A stretch of 57,880 nucleotides of DNA, counting the filler, from Bipalium vagum (lineage: Eukaryota), in assembly GCA_037834085.1 (NCBI GenBank). It is 3 parts of 3 records of this genome, joined end to end, with 100 filler letters (N's around TTAATTAATTAA, not from the genome) between each part and the next. Parts side by side here need not be neighbours in the genome. Positions count along the whole stretch, not along the records: positions 17,034 to 38,877 come from JBBMKC010230961.1; 2 more parts are not named here. The stretch is one strand, 5' to 3'. The translations under genes were made by a program, and so were the position numbers. Below are positions 26,578-38,977 of the stretch, piece by piece (the first letter of the stretch is position 1; each line of letters begins with the position of its first letter). The notes beneath the pieces are model-generated. The model was not told the origin of the DNA, searched no databases, and worked only from the letters and a program-made list of their open reading frames with translations.

Positions 26578-27479
26578 TAAGCTACCTAACCAAACATACG
26601 TTTGCAAAACTCTTAAAAAAGATTTCAATCAATGAAGACTAAAACTGTAGATACCAATAAGTACTGAAAATTAGAAGTTGCTTACTCAAACATGTGTTCA
26701 ATTATGGCGGAAATCCAAAAACTGTCTGACATTCTTAATATAAACAAGTAATATCCATTATTTAAGCGACTTATCTGTAACTCCAGAAGTAAGTTCTGAA
26801 TAATATTGACAACTGAATAAATGGAATAAAAATTTTGGCGACAGGATTTTTTTCCTATAATTCGGCAACTCTCAAAATTTGGACATCTGTTCATATGGAC
26901 AATGTAATCTCTAAAAATCTTCATTTTGTATCCAACAGTTAAAGATAGAAGACCAGTGAAACGGTCCATTCTGTTACATAATAAAAAATAGCTTATATAT
27001 AAATAGTAAATTTATTCCATTTAATTATTCTTTAATGAATAATAAAACTATGAATAAATTAAGACTAATTAATTATACAATTTTTATATATTTATAGGGT
27101 TTGACTCAATGTTTCTTCAAGAATCAGCCAAGATTTTTGCTTCTGAGTAAAGGTGTTGAGGTTTTCATGATTGAGAAAAACTTTTTTCTCTCAAAATGTT
27201 CCCTAAACACCATGTTAGAGCTGAAAAATTCAGTAAGTCCTGAGATATGAAATAGTCATTTTTAATTTTTTTTTATTACTTTTACATTTTACTTGTTAAA
27301 TCAGTTGTTAAAACTTTTTTGAAATCTTATGGGTGTCCTGTTCTATCATTTTACCATTTATTTATTAATCATTATGATGCTATAACTACACTTTTAAAAC
27401 AAGTTAAAGTTCCATGAAAACAACCTACTAAAGACAGTCAAGATGAAATAAAAAACCAGTACAACATTCATTAAAAGAT

Positions 27480-28172
27480 ATAAGCTGTTTAAATCTAATT
27501 CAACGGGATGCAATTAATTCACTTTCTGTATCGAATTACCTGTAACAAAAACGGATCCTGAGGTAAACATCCAATAAAGTGGATTAATAATGGTTTCATT
27601 AACCAAATTTACAGTCAAAAAAATATAAGAATTTGGTGATGTCTAACGGGATGATGTCATTATAATTCCGAAAACCTGATGAATCAATAACATCTAAAGT
27701 TTACTGTGTCCAATTGAAACAAGTACCAAAAATTTTAAATCAGTCAGCTTTCAACAGAAAAAATCAAATTTTCTTGATACTGTTGAAAGCTGACTGATTT
27801 AAAATTTTTGGTACTTGTTTCAATTGGACACAGTAAACTTTAGATGTTATCAAAAAAAATGTATCAAATGCATGTATCAAAAATAAAACTCAAAGGATTT
27901 GGATATAAATCTTTTCCCAATACTCACGGCACTATCTCATAATGATTATTAATTTCGGCCATTGGATAATTTCATTTCAGAAAAAGTCTTATAGTTGACA
28001 GTGCAAAAATTTCTTCTATGAATTCATCGTCTTTCGGTAACAAGTAGCCTTCGTGTTATGAATAATGAATGAAATAAGATAGAAACAACATTTAATGAAT
28101 AAATTTCTTTAAAAATATTTAATTTTCAGTTTTTTTCTTAAAAACACTAATTAATTTACGAAAAACCTAATA
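27480..28172 (+). mobile_element. Decayed mariner containing a fold-back duplication
   Basis: Remnants KPDESITSKVYCVQLKQV and a degraded YSPD.AP.DY-like region, plus a TIR-like ...AAAAACCTAA+TA end. Confidence 0.65.
27687..27850. repeat. Perfect 71-bp inverted repeat with a 22-nt spacer
   Basis: 27687-27757 is the exact reverse complement of 27780-27850, checked base by base. Confidence 0.97.
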
Positions 28173-30079
28173 AACTAAATTGAAAATAATAGACTTTGAA
28201 ATCTCTGAAAAATAATTGATTAACTTAATTTTTTTCTCAAAGTATTTTTTAAATCAGATTTTGACCTATTCTTATAGGTTAATATAATATTTCTATATAT
28301 TCCACTTTTTTACTTTATTTTTGTAGAAATTGATATATCTGTGAATGTATCAAATCGGCAACATCATCATCACTCCTATACTTATTTTACTATTTACCAT
28401 ATCCTATTAGAAGAAAATGTAAAAGGAATTAGTTGAAATAGATCCTAAAGTTATCGATACTAAAATAATAAATTATGATAAAATAATTAATTATTTAAAG
28501 ACTTGAAATATTTTCAGATCACAAGCTATCCGACGGAGGACGAGTTACAACAAATAATTAAAAATGAGAGAAATTGGACCCTATTTAAACAGAAAACGTT
28601 AAAAAATTCCTTGTTAAGTTTAAAAAATAAGTAACTCTTAAATTTTATTATATCATTTTATAATAAAGTTTTTTATTTGACTTCATTTAATTGCGTCTCA
28701 CTGAATATTTTAATAAAATATAGAGCTGTCAACTATAGATATAATTTTAAAAATCAAATTTACAAAAGATAATGCAAGATTAGAAGTGATATCATTGAGT
28801 GGCAAGCAGGTAATGTCGTATTTCACATGGAAATGTTTTATAAAATCTCTTAACAAAAAATTTTCCTTCATTAAAATAATAAAATCCATGACCATTGATC
28901 GTCATTAGTATATAAGTAGATTAAACAGATCAAACTCTAACTCTAAAAATCCTCGATTTCTATGATTTCGATACCATATCAATCTCTCTAATCCGTTTAT
29001 ATACTACTTACATAAATAATCAATATGATGAAAAATAATTTAAAATTTCATTTCATTTATCCTCAAATTTTGATGTAATAAAATTTCTATTTCTAACAAA
29101 TGAGTAATATAAGGATTAATCATATAAATACCAACTTTTATTATAAAATAATTTATAAAAATTTTGATGGATGCATGCGCCAGTTCACAGAAGCCTTGAC
29201 GTAATTGGATAGAGACTAGACTTCTAAGATAAGAAATCATTACTGAAAATAGTAATCAATAGAAGAATTTAAACCGAATTGTGATATTGTATTGGACTAA
29301 CAAGAGCCACATCAAATCTGCTTGCTAGTTTTGCACAACCATTAATTCTTCTTTCCTAATGTGCGTAAACGAAATTTTAGTATTAATTTTAGACTTAATA
29401 AATAGTGTTTATATACTCTACAGTTCTCCTCCGTTGGTCAATCATGAATCACAACAGGGATATATTTGAATTTTTACATTTGACATAACTAGAGTTTTTT
29501 ATTATTTTTGTATTTTTAATATTTATAAAACATTTTATGTAATAAATAATATTTTAGTAATATTTTTGCAATCTTATTTAATTTTTTGTTGACATCAAGA
29601 AGAGCAAACTTATTATTGATAATTTAAGATTTCCAAAAAATATTGTTTCATATATTTCTAAAAATATTATCAATTTTGAAAAATTATTTACTGGGAAAGA
29701 GAATCGTACATATCAGGAAAAGTGCTAAATCCAAAGAACAAAGTGTCGATTAAATTTCAGATCTTTATAATTGGATAAAAAGTATTTATTCAATATACAA
29801 TATTGATATGTAATTTTTTATAAATATAATGTTCTTACTAAATTCCTTTTCTTATTTTTCTAATTACTAACTATTTTTATACCATCATATCATATACTTC
29901 TGTATATCTCTAGTAATACTTCACTAATAAAAACTAATAAATATAAATTTTTATGTTGTCTTAGTTTTGATAGTGGTAAGTAAAATTTTACTCAAAAATT
30001 CGATTAACCAACGACAGAAAATAAATCTTGTTTTATCAATAAATGAACGGATGGTACTTAAATAATTTTAATTTATTTT

Positions 30080-30780
30080 TTAATATTTTTGAGTTTTGCG
30101 TTTAGTAGTCCAGAAGCCAAACGGATTCGTTTGGAACTGTTAGACGTGTTTTTGTGTCTTGCATCGGTGTGTGGCGAGTAATTGGAGGAGGAATCATTTG
30201 ATTAGATATATCCAGGGAAAATCAAGATTGTGCCTGTGTCTGTTTGTGAGTAGTTGTGTTCAATATTGTCTGACTTGTTCGAACGTTTACTCATGATTTA
30301 TTGGTGGTTTACTTTATAAAAGAAAACAACAGGAGTATATTTACTTGACAGTAGATATTATCGCTCCCAACAATGAATCATCGTCGTTCGTCCTAGAATT
30401 TAAGAAATATGTCTAAATTGATGAAAATATTGAAAATTGAGTTCTTATAATATCTTGACGCTGTATTTTCAAATCTTGATTTAAAGAAATCGCAATAATA
30501 ATTTGACCTTTTTGGATCCAATAAATATATTTGGATTCTTGTTTGTTATAAAAAAAAGTTCGATTTTTTATTTTATCACAATGTTAATATTATATTATAT
30601 AATAACAATGTTGGTTAATTATTTTAATGTGATTCTTATTTTTGTGTTAATATGACAATAATTATTATTATAACAAATGGAAAAATGATAAATTATAATT
30701 ACCACTTTTCCATATAAAAGAAATATATTCCCATTGACGATTTTTTTAGAAAACCTAATCCATTTAATTATTCAGCTCAG
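30080..30780 (-). pseudogene. Spliced gene fragment, possibly a cyclic-nucleotide-binding-domain protein
   Basis: Exon-like blocks with short introns. QESKYIYWIQKGQIII resembles the cNMP-binding Y.I..G strand. Stops are present. Confidence 0.25.
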
Positions 30781-31310
30781 ACAAACACGTTTGGGCCGAG
30801 ATGAATAATTAAAGCTCCTGGATTGTCATTATCATAATGGATGAGGGGAACGGATGGACCAGAGCTTGTGGGCTTAGCATTTAGAGCAGCTGTAAAGTCA
30901 GTTATTTAACTCAGGCGACTAAAGACGGATTGAGATAGATAACTGAAAGCTCTGGGTTTCTGCGTTGGCAAAACAAGAAGAGGGAAGATATCCCTGTTGT
31001 GATTCATGATTGACCAACGGAAGAAAACTGTAGAGTATATAAACAACTACCAGATTCTTCACAGTCAGAACAGAATTAGAGTTAGACCGAGAACAGAAGC
31101 GAACGAAAAACAACAGTGAACCAAAAGACAACAAAAATTAGAGTTAAACGACAGAGCGACGGCGACGACGAAAAGAAAAGTCAAACGAAAAACTGAATTA
31201 AGCATCACTATTAAGTGATTTTTGTTGTGAATAAATTGATTTCTATTACGATATTATTTACTCGAACGGACCATTATTTTCTAATTTGGAGTCAGGAAAG
31301 TTGATTAACA
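30780..31310 (+). mobile_element. Solo-LTR-like segment
   Basis: GC-richer non-coding island with TATATAAA at 31036-31043, a purine-rich tract, AATAAA at 31230-31235 and an ending ...AACA at 31310. No matching 5' TG or target-site duplication was found. Confidence 0.45.
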
Positions 31311-31610
31311 TTTATTCGAGTATTAACACTATAATTCTCTTATTTACTGTAACGATAAAATCCCGAGTAAAAATATTAATATAACAAAAGCAATCTGAAT
31401 ACAATAATATGATAATTTAATTATTTTCTTCATCTATTAAAACAATCTTTTTTCAAAAAATGTATGCTGAAAGTGGTGAAAATATTTCATTTTTATTAGA
31501 TGAGCAAAATTTTTTATAAATAATAAAATTTAAAAATGTGAATATTATTTCTCAATAATAAACCTTAAAATTTGTTTTTTTAATTAAAAAAGATTTTAAA
31601 TCGACTGTGA

Positions 31611-33575
31611 ATGTCAACTTTGAAAAGTATTATTTTTTTATAATTAATTTAAGATAAACTCCCTTCAGAATATTCAAGTCTGTTTAAGGAAAAGTCTTCA
31701 AATATTTCTGGAAATCAAAAGCCAGAAGATGTTAAAAGATCTCCTTTGAAGCAAAACAGCAGAAATGATATAAATTCAAACGACATGAAAGAAGATAATA
31801 AGCATGTTTCTGAGCAAGTTCCACAAATAATCGAAAATAAAAGAATTGTATTTTCTCGAACTGAGTTATTGAAATATAAGTCCTTTAATCGTGTTCCAAA
31901 AGATCTTCCTGTAACAAGTGAATGGTTTCAGGAAATCCACATTGTTAAGAATAATCAACTTTTAAAGAAACCGGAAGTTCAAGAAGTCAAGTGGTTAAGA
32001 GAAAATAAAATTAAAAAACTTGACCACCATGAAAATGGTTATTTACCACCTAAACTTAGAGCGCATAACTTAGACGCCAAAGAAAAATTTAGAAGAAATA
32101 TTAAGAGAACATTAAATCGAATGACACCTGAAAATTTTCAAAAATGTGTCCAAGAAATCACAGATTATAAAGCCTCACTCGACTTTGACATTGTTATCTT
32201 GACAGATGAGCTATTCGATAAGGCTATACAGGAGCAGTCCTATTCCAAGACTTATTCGAAATTTTCCACAATTATTAATAAATTAGAAGAGAACAATAAT
32301 CAATTTAAGAGTCTCTTATTGAAAAAGTGCAGAATGAAATTCGAAAAGCCGCTAACTGAACAAACGGAAAACGTAAAACGAGAATGGATGGAAAAGGTTA
32401 AAAATGAGAAGGATGAGCAAATGAAAAAAATTCTTTTGTCAAACATTGATGAACAAGTCGCAAAAACCAGAGATCAGTTTTTTGGAAACATTCGTTTCAT
32501 ATCAGAATTGTATTTGGAAAAGATTTTGGCCGGAAAAGTAGTTCTGCATTGCTTGGAAACAATATTAAAAAATCCGGTTGAAGCGTTTTCAATAGAAGTT
32601 GCATGTAATATGTTTGAGATTTGTGGAAAATCTCTGGAAGTCTCATTCGGATCACAAGTCGAAAAGTTGCTTCATAAACTGCTTATGTTGTCCAATTCAG
32701 AAGAACTAGATATGAAAACGAGATTTAAAATAAAAGATATTTTGGATATGAAAGGCCGAGGTTGGGAACTGAGACACATTCAAGCTGTAAAGATCGTGGA
32801 TCCTAAAACTCTTGATGAATTAAAAAAAGTGGGAGGTGAAATGACAAGAAATGTTCTTTTAAAAAAAAAGAAAGTCTCAAAAATGATTGATAACAACGCC
32901 GAAGTACGGACTCAAGAATCAGGCGAAGATGATAAATGGAATACAGCAAAGAAAAATTGTAGAATAAATAACAATTTGGAAAATCATAAATCACGACCGT
33001 TAGAGGTCATCAATAAGTTCTGTTTTTTCCAAGAAGAAAATGGGACTGATTCAGAAGATGATAAAAACAGTTTTTTTGTTTCCAAAGCAAATGAAACTTC
33101 AGAAAAGAATGATGAACTTTCAAATAAGTTATTCAAAGATATTTTGGAAAACAATGCGCAGTTAGAACGTTGGTATCAAATTGAAAAACCTATTGAAACC
33201 ATTGAGATCTGGGTAGATAAAATTCTAGAGAAGAAAAAGCAAGATCGTGTTCTTCTAGGAAACTATTTTCGTGAATTAATTAATAAGAAAATGCTGAAGA
33301 AGAACGATTTTTTAGCTGGTACTCAATATTTGTCAGAGTCTCTTGAAGACCTTTTGCCAGATATCCCAATGCTTTGGTTATTTTTTGCCGAATTTCTTGA
33401 AAGATTCATTGAAAATCACAAATCAGATATTGGATTCTTTAACAAATTTTTCGAAAGGATTCCGGATAAAAGTGGTGTGACCAAGTGCTATTCATTCCTA
33501 CGAGATTTAGCAATTAATCGAGTTGGGAAAGAAATTGTGGAGATTTTATTTAAGAAATATAAAATTAATTATTAG
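31611..33575 (+). CDS. eIF4G: Compact eIF4G-family translation initiation factor (4E-binding-like motif, MIF4G, MA3), ~640 aa
   Basis: MIF4G motifs LNRMTPENF, LFDKAIQEQSYS..YS, GNIRFISELY and RFKIKDILDMKGRGW..PKTLDEL; linker DDKWNT and NKF; MA3 LEDLLPDIPMLW..AEFL; N-terminal RIVFSRTELL. The frame is open upstream to an acceptor at 31668. The proposed exon 1 (31611-31626, followed by a 42-bp phase-1 intron) is an inference, and 31460-31475 is an alternative. Confidence 0.9.
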
Positions 33576-34429
33576 AATTATCTTAGCGGTAAATGTTGAA
33601 TACAATATATATTTTTTATGAAGCTGTCTTCTGTTCAAATTTCTTATATATTTGAAATCATCAAAGTTTTAGTACAGGTTTACAGATTAAATAAACGAAT
33701 TATTAACTTAAATTAAAGGTAGTAACTGAAGCTCCGTGCTTTCATGTATACCCAGCCTGAGACTAATTATGCATGAAACCTTTCTACTTTTATATTTTCT
33801 TATTATTTGTTTGACAAGAACTGGTCTCAAGTTGTTTCTTATTTTTCTTTTTATTTGTAAAAATTTTCGTTCATTATCTTTAATAATAAAGTTATAAAAA
33901 TCTTTAATTTCAGTTAAAAATTTGTTAATTTACATAATTTAAATCCTGTAAGATGTACAGTTAAAGATATTATAAAATAAAATAATGAGTTTTCAAATAT
34001 TTTTTGACATAATTTAAAATCTGTTAATATATTTTAACTTTAAGAAATACGTTTTTGTTTTACAAAGTTGAATAAACATGAATATATTAAATTAAATATA
34101 TTCAGTGGTCTCCGACTAATAAATTAACAAAGATTTTAAGAATTTAGCGGATCAGACTCGGATAAGCAGATTAGAAGGAAACTGAAGAGAATTAATACTA
34201 TTTTTAATTACAGGAATTTTTCATTAAATAACTGTCGAGTGTATTTGTCTTTCTTTCAGATTGTGATTTTTTCCGTACGTATTTCAACAAAGAGAGCATT
34301 TTTTCAAAAAAAATCCTTTTCTAAAATTTTTGTAACTTTGAAATTTGCAGCAATTTTTTTAAAAAATCAACTGAAGTAGATCTCTAGGTTTTAATAAATT
34401 CAGCATTTTCACCAAAACTTTTACAGTCC

Positions 34430-34580
34430 TTAGCCAACAAAGCAAGTAAGAACCAATAACTTAATAGGGAACACCTCACAGTCCTTATTCTCAACCTATG
34501 AGAACATCAATTTCAGTGGGAAACAAGGATGTCCCCTCTCCATGACCATTTTTTGCTTGATTATAGATTTTATTCTCAGA
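34430..34580 (+). mobile_element. Non-LTR retrotransposon reverse-transcriptase fragment
   Basis: GKQGCPLSMTIFCLIIDFILR matches the LINE RT motif G..QG.PLSP.LF. Confidence 0.65.
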
Positions 34581-35724
34581 TTTTAGATTTCCAGTCATTA
34601 CGTTGGTACTTTGTCATTAATGTAGGATTAATAATTTAGAACTACACATTTAGAACTAATTTAGAATTTCCACTACACCCTATTATTAAATACAACAGAT
34701 TGTTGGTTCTTCAAAGGAATTTTTTAATATGGGTAGGCTTGTGGATTTTTATGTGTCATCAGTGAAATGGGCAACCCGACTTCGACTGGATTTAATCATG
34801 CAGATTTAATCACTTTAATTTAATCTTTGCAAACCCCAGATAAATCTAGTAATTCCAAAGTTCTTTTAATAACAAAAAGTACTTTATCTAAAATTGTCAA
34901 TGTAATCAGGCGTAAAATTTGGACCTAAGCGATGAATTGGGAGTTCGGGTCCGATTAATCGTTTCTGACTTTCAGTCCCAGTGTCTTTGATTTTGAGACC
35001 CAGAATATTTAAATGGTTAAGTTTGAGAGAGGAGCAAATAAATCGGCTTGCCACTTATTATTAACTATATTAAAATCTTCATCAATATTATCTTATTGTA
35101 TTTTAGTTGAGTGTGCATTTGAACCGATTATAAATTTACATGAAAAGATAAAATTGGATCAATGATAGCCTGGACCTGATGAACACATGAAAAAATGTGA
35201 AAATCAAACAGAAAATAAACGACAAATTAGAATATCAGAAACCAATCAAAACAAAAACTACTATTATGATGCGCTATAATGTGATAAATTAATAAATCCT
35301 TGTAAATTAAATATTTAGTACAATGTTTCGTCAAAAAGTCAAAGAAATTTTTTGTTGGTGAAATGACGACAAGTTAAAAATAAAAATTATCGATCTAAAA
35401 ACGTTACTGTTTTAAAAATGCGCTTCATTCTACTTTCTCTATTCATTTGATAAAAATGCAAATTAAATTTGTAAAACTTTATTTGAAAAACGTAACGATC
35501 GATTACATAAGTAATTTTTAATAAGATATATATTAAAAAAATCAATATTTCAAATAAAATATAAATTTTTATTATTTTATTGTGAATATTACCATAAAAT
35601 TCCAATGAAAAAATAAAATTAAGATAGATTTATTTTGAAGAAATTTGGACAACATTTCATAAAAAATCGATAACATTGTGTTACCATTATATCATATAAT
35701 AAATATTATTGGCAAAAATGGATT

Positions 35725-37660
35725 TTAATGAATCGAAATCGACTGATCTGGTAATTTAAGAGACATGGCAAACATAAGATTGAGCGGTCTGTCACATTGA
35801 ATATCGATCGGACATTGAGATGTGTGAACAACGGGCGACGAAGACAATTCCATCATTTCGATTCTGTGCAAATAGACGAGACACGTTTTCCTGTTGCCAG
35901 TTCTCAAATCGTAAATATCTACATGATCGTTGGATCTCTTGGATCCCTTGTTATTACTGGCAACTGTACGGCAGCAGTAATCAATATGGATACTGTCCAT
36001 GATATTCTGTCCAATGGACACAACGTTCCAAATGGAACTTCGCAAATGGAACAAGGCTACCTCGTGGCGAACCCCGCCGTCCCAGGCGCCACCGTAAACA
36101 ATCACCAAAGGTGATTCACCATTGGCCATCATTTCCATGCGATGACCGGTCATGCTGAACGGCAAATTGGGATAATCGATTAACGATGACGTTTGTAGAT
36201 CGATCAGATAGAAAGTCTTGAGATATTTCTGAAGACTGCGCCCGCCCGAGACAAAGAATCGATGTTGTTCACCGTGGCTGGTGCGCGTGTCGCGACACAC
36301 ACTGCTGGACCAGCATGCTACTTTCAGACGGATATTGTCGACTTGTTGCCACGTGTTGTCTTGGAAACGGAATTTGACAATATTACCTGATGGAACGGTC
36401 TGGTGTGAGTGGGTGAAATAACAACCTCCGAACAGGAACAGTTCCGCATCACAAAGAACAACAGAAAAGCCCCAGAACTTGTGGTAGTTTTGCATGTGGT
36501 CAGTAGAGCTGGTGCTACTGGTTGTTTCGTTGTTATGGAAATGATATTGCCAACGAGAAATTGGACAGTGACGATAATTGACGAGATTGAGAACGGCACC
36601 CAAGTTCCCGTTCAAATCCCAGTCCTTATTGATGAAAATCAAATGATTAGCAGATGTTTGATGTCGAAACCTGTCCGAATCGATGTCAATCACTAACCGA
36701 TTGTCATGGTCGAAATTTGTGAGCGAGATTTTCGACAGGATCAAAGAATTGTTGGCCCCAATCGATTTGATGATGAGATGAGGCGTTGAACGGCATTGAA
36801 TGATATGTTTCGTTTTAGAATCGTAAGCGTCGCTATGAAAATTCATTTGACGGATATTTTCAGTGGGTAAATTGGAAAGAAGCTGTTGCAAATCGTCACA
36901 AGTTTTGTCAGACCAGAGAAAATTGGTTCGAGACAGGTAACGATAGAAACTATCTATGCTGACGTTGTCAAGCAATCCGGGCCGAATTGAATCGATCAAT
37001 TTCTGTCGGAACTCTATCTCCAATGGGTCTGATGTGTGAGTCAAAAAGAATGAGAGAAATTCCCAAAGAACGTTTTCATTGACTGTGAAATTCTCCATTT
37101 CTAAGATCTTCACCAAAATCTGGGCCGGTTGTACAATCAGATTGGAATATTCCCTCAAATTTATATATTCAATAAATTGATTTTGTATCTTTAATTTTGT
37201 TTTAACCAACGGATAAGCGGACAATTTATCGAATTCCTTGCACAAGTCCAAAAAGGAAAACTGTTCTGATATTTTGAAATCAATCATCCTTATCAGGTCC
37301 ACCATTCTCAAATAATCGGAAGCTTCTATTACTTCAATGTAAAATGATAGATCATATTTCGACTGGGATTCGGGAAGTCGTAAATAAATATAATCAAAAA
37401 TATAATTGAAAACATCAAAATCAAGTGAAGGAAGATTTATTATTCCCGTAGAAACTTCTTTACAAACATCACTGTTTAAAAGAGCTTTGAAAAATTCACT
37501 ACTCGCTGCTAACACCAACTTATGAGCCTAACTAATATTGAAATATAGTAATAAAATGTAACAACACCTTTATTGATCCGTTAATAAGTGTTATTTGAAT
37601 ATCTGTAAGGAAATTGTTAATTTGAAATTCGGAAAATATCTCGAAACGACTTAATTCCAT
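35725..37660 (-). CDS. BTB-BACK-Kelch protein, divergent kelch-like, 631 aa, 2 exons
   Basis: Exon 37660-37568, a 40-bp GT-AG intron and exon 37527-35725 give ..FLTDIQITLINGSIKAHKLVLAASSEFFKALL (BTB), a BACK-like LEMENFTVNE..IR..LL and kelch motifs LFLFGG, FFVSGG and IVYGG with downstream W. Confidence 0.92.
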
Positions 37661-37984
37661 ATATTAATAAATTAAGGTGAATATAATTTTTCAATTTATT
37701 AGATATTTTAAAATAATTAGTGATTTTAAAAAATGAATATTTGGAATATAATATTATTAAAAGAAATAAATATTTATCATAAATTTTCATAAAAAATTAT
37801 CTTTCATATTTTTTAAAAAACTTTCTTAATTATTCAAAAATATTTGAAAATAGTTATTAAGATTTGAATGATTTTTGAAAAATATTAATTTTAATTAAAA
37901 TAAAATTAAATATTACTTAATTACGTCAGATAGAGATTAAGTTCAAAAATTCAATGTTTAAAGCACCTTAATTCTTAAACTTCC

Positions 37985-38255
37985 CGAACGTGATGTAGTT
38001 TTTTGATTATAATCTTTGATTAAATGCTTCATTTTCTCAATAACAATGACTGATGGACGTCTAGCATGAGGCAAATCTTCGAGCCTGATAATTCCAGAAC
38101 GAAACTTTTGATATTAACGTTGCACCGTACATTCACTGATACTTGACTCATTCCAAACTTCGTTGATGTTTCGAGCAGTTTGAGCTGCACTCCGCTCTGG
38201 CCTATGCTCATAGAAGAAAATATTGCGGAAATCGCGTTTCAACATTTGTGAATAA
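37985..38255 (-). mobile_element. Mariner 5' fragment
   Basis: FRNIFFYE..SAAQTARNINEVW..TVQR*YQKFRSG..LEDLPHARRPS. Confidence 0.85.
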
Positions 38256-38802
38256 AATCCAAATTATTGACAGAAAAATGCTTACAATAAATTTTAAATA
38301 AATATTTAAAAAGAGCCTAAGATAGTGTTCGACGTTAAATGTGAGACCTAATCTCGATAATATAAAATGCTAAAACTATTAATATAGATTAGATATGGGC
38401 TCACCTACTCCTTCAAAGTAAGTGTAACAAATGAGTATTCTAAGATACACTAAATGTAACTAAAATCAACTGAGATAACACGATTTTATTACAAAAATAT
38501 ATTTTCAAAACAATACAACTCTTTCTGAGCAATAATATATGATATTTGATTAATTAATGTCTTCTAGGTTTTATGATAACCGAAGAAGCCCTGATGTGAA
38601 AAATACGTATTCTGTCGCCTAGAGCGAAACAGAATCGATTCGCTAAGAGAAAAAACGGAAATAAGAGAATATAATGAAAAGAACGTATTGCAGAGTATTT
38701 GCTCTGAACACGTGGATTGTTATTTAATTATATAAAGTTTCCTCAAAAGAGATCGATATATTTTCTTAAAAGCCAAAGCGTATTTAATATTATCTTTTAC
38801 TA

Positions 38803-38877
38803 TTAGGTTGTCCCATATGAAATGTCCGATTACGTAATATACAATAAAAGCAATAAAAGTCCAATAAATTCAAATTT
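38803..38877 (+). mobile_element. Mariner-type TIR running into the assembly gap
   Basis: TA+TTAGGTTGTCCCATATGAAATGTCCG just before the N-run. Confidence 0.55.
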
Positions 38878-38977
38878 NNNNNNNNNNNNNNNNNNNNNNN
38901 NNNNNNNNNNNNNNNNNNNNNTTAATTAATTAANNNNNNNNNNNNNNNNNNNNNNNNNNNNNNNNNNNNNNNNNNNN
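38878..38977. other. Assembly gap with artificial linker
   Basis: 44 N, TTAATTAATTAA, 44 N. Confidence 0.97.

Noticed and set aside
35797-36696. Short ORFs overlapping the Kelch gene (35797-36114, 35820-36002, 36324-36599, 36409-36696)
   Set aside because: Shadow ORFs expected in GC-richer coding sequence, with no recognisable motifs.
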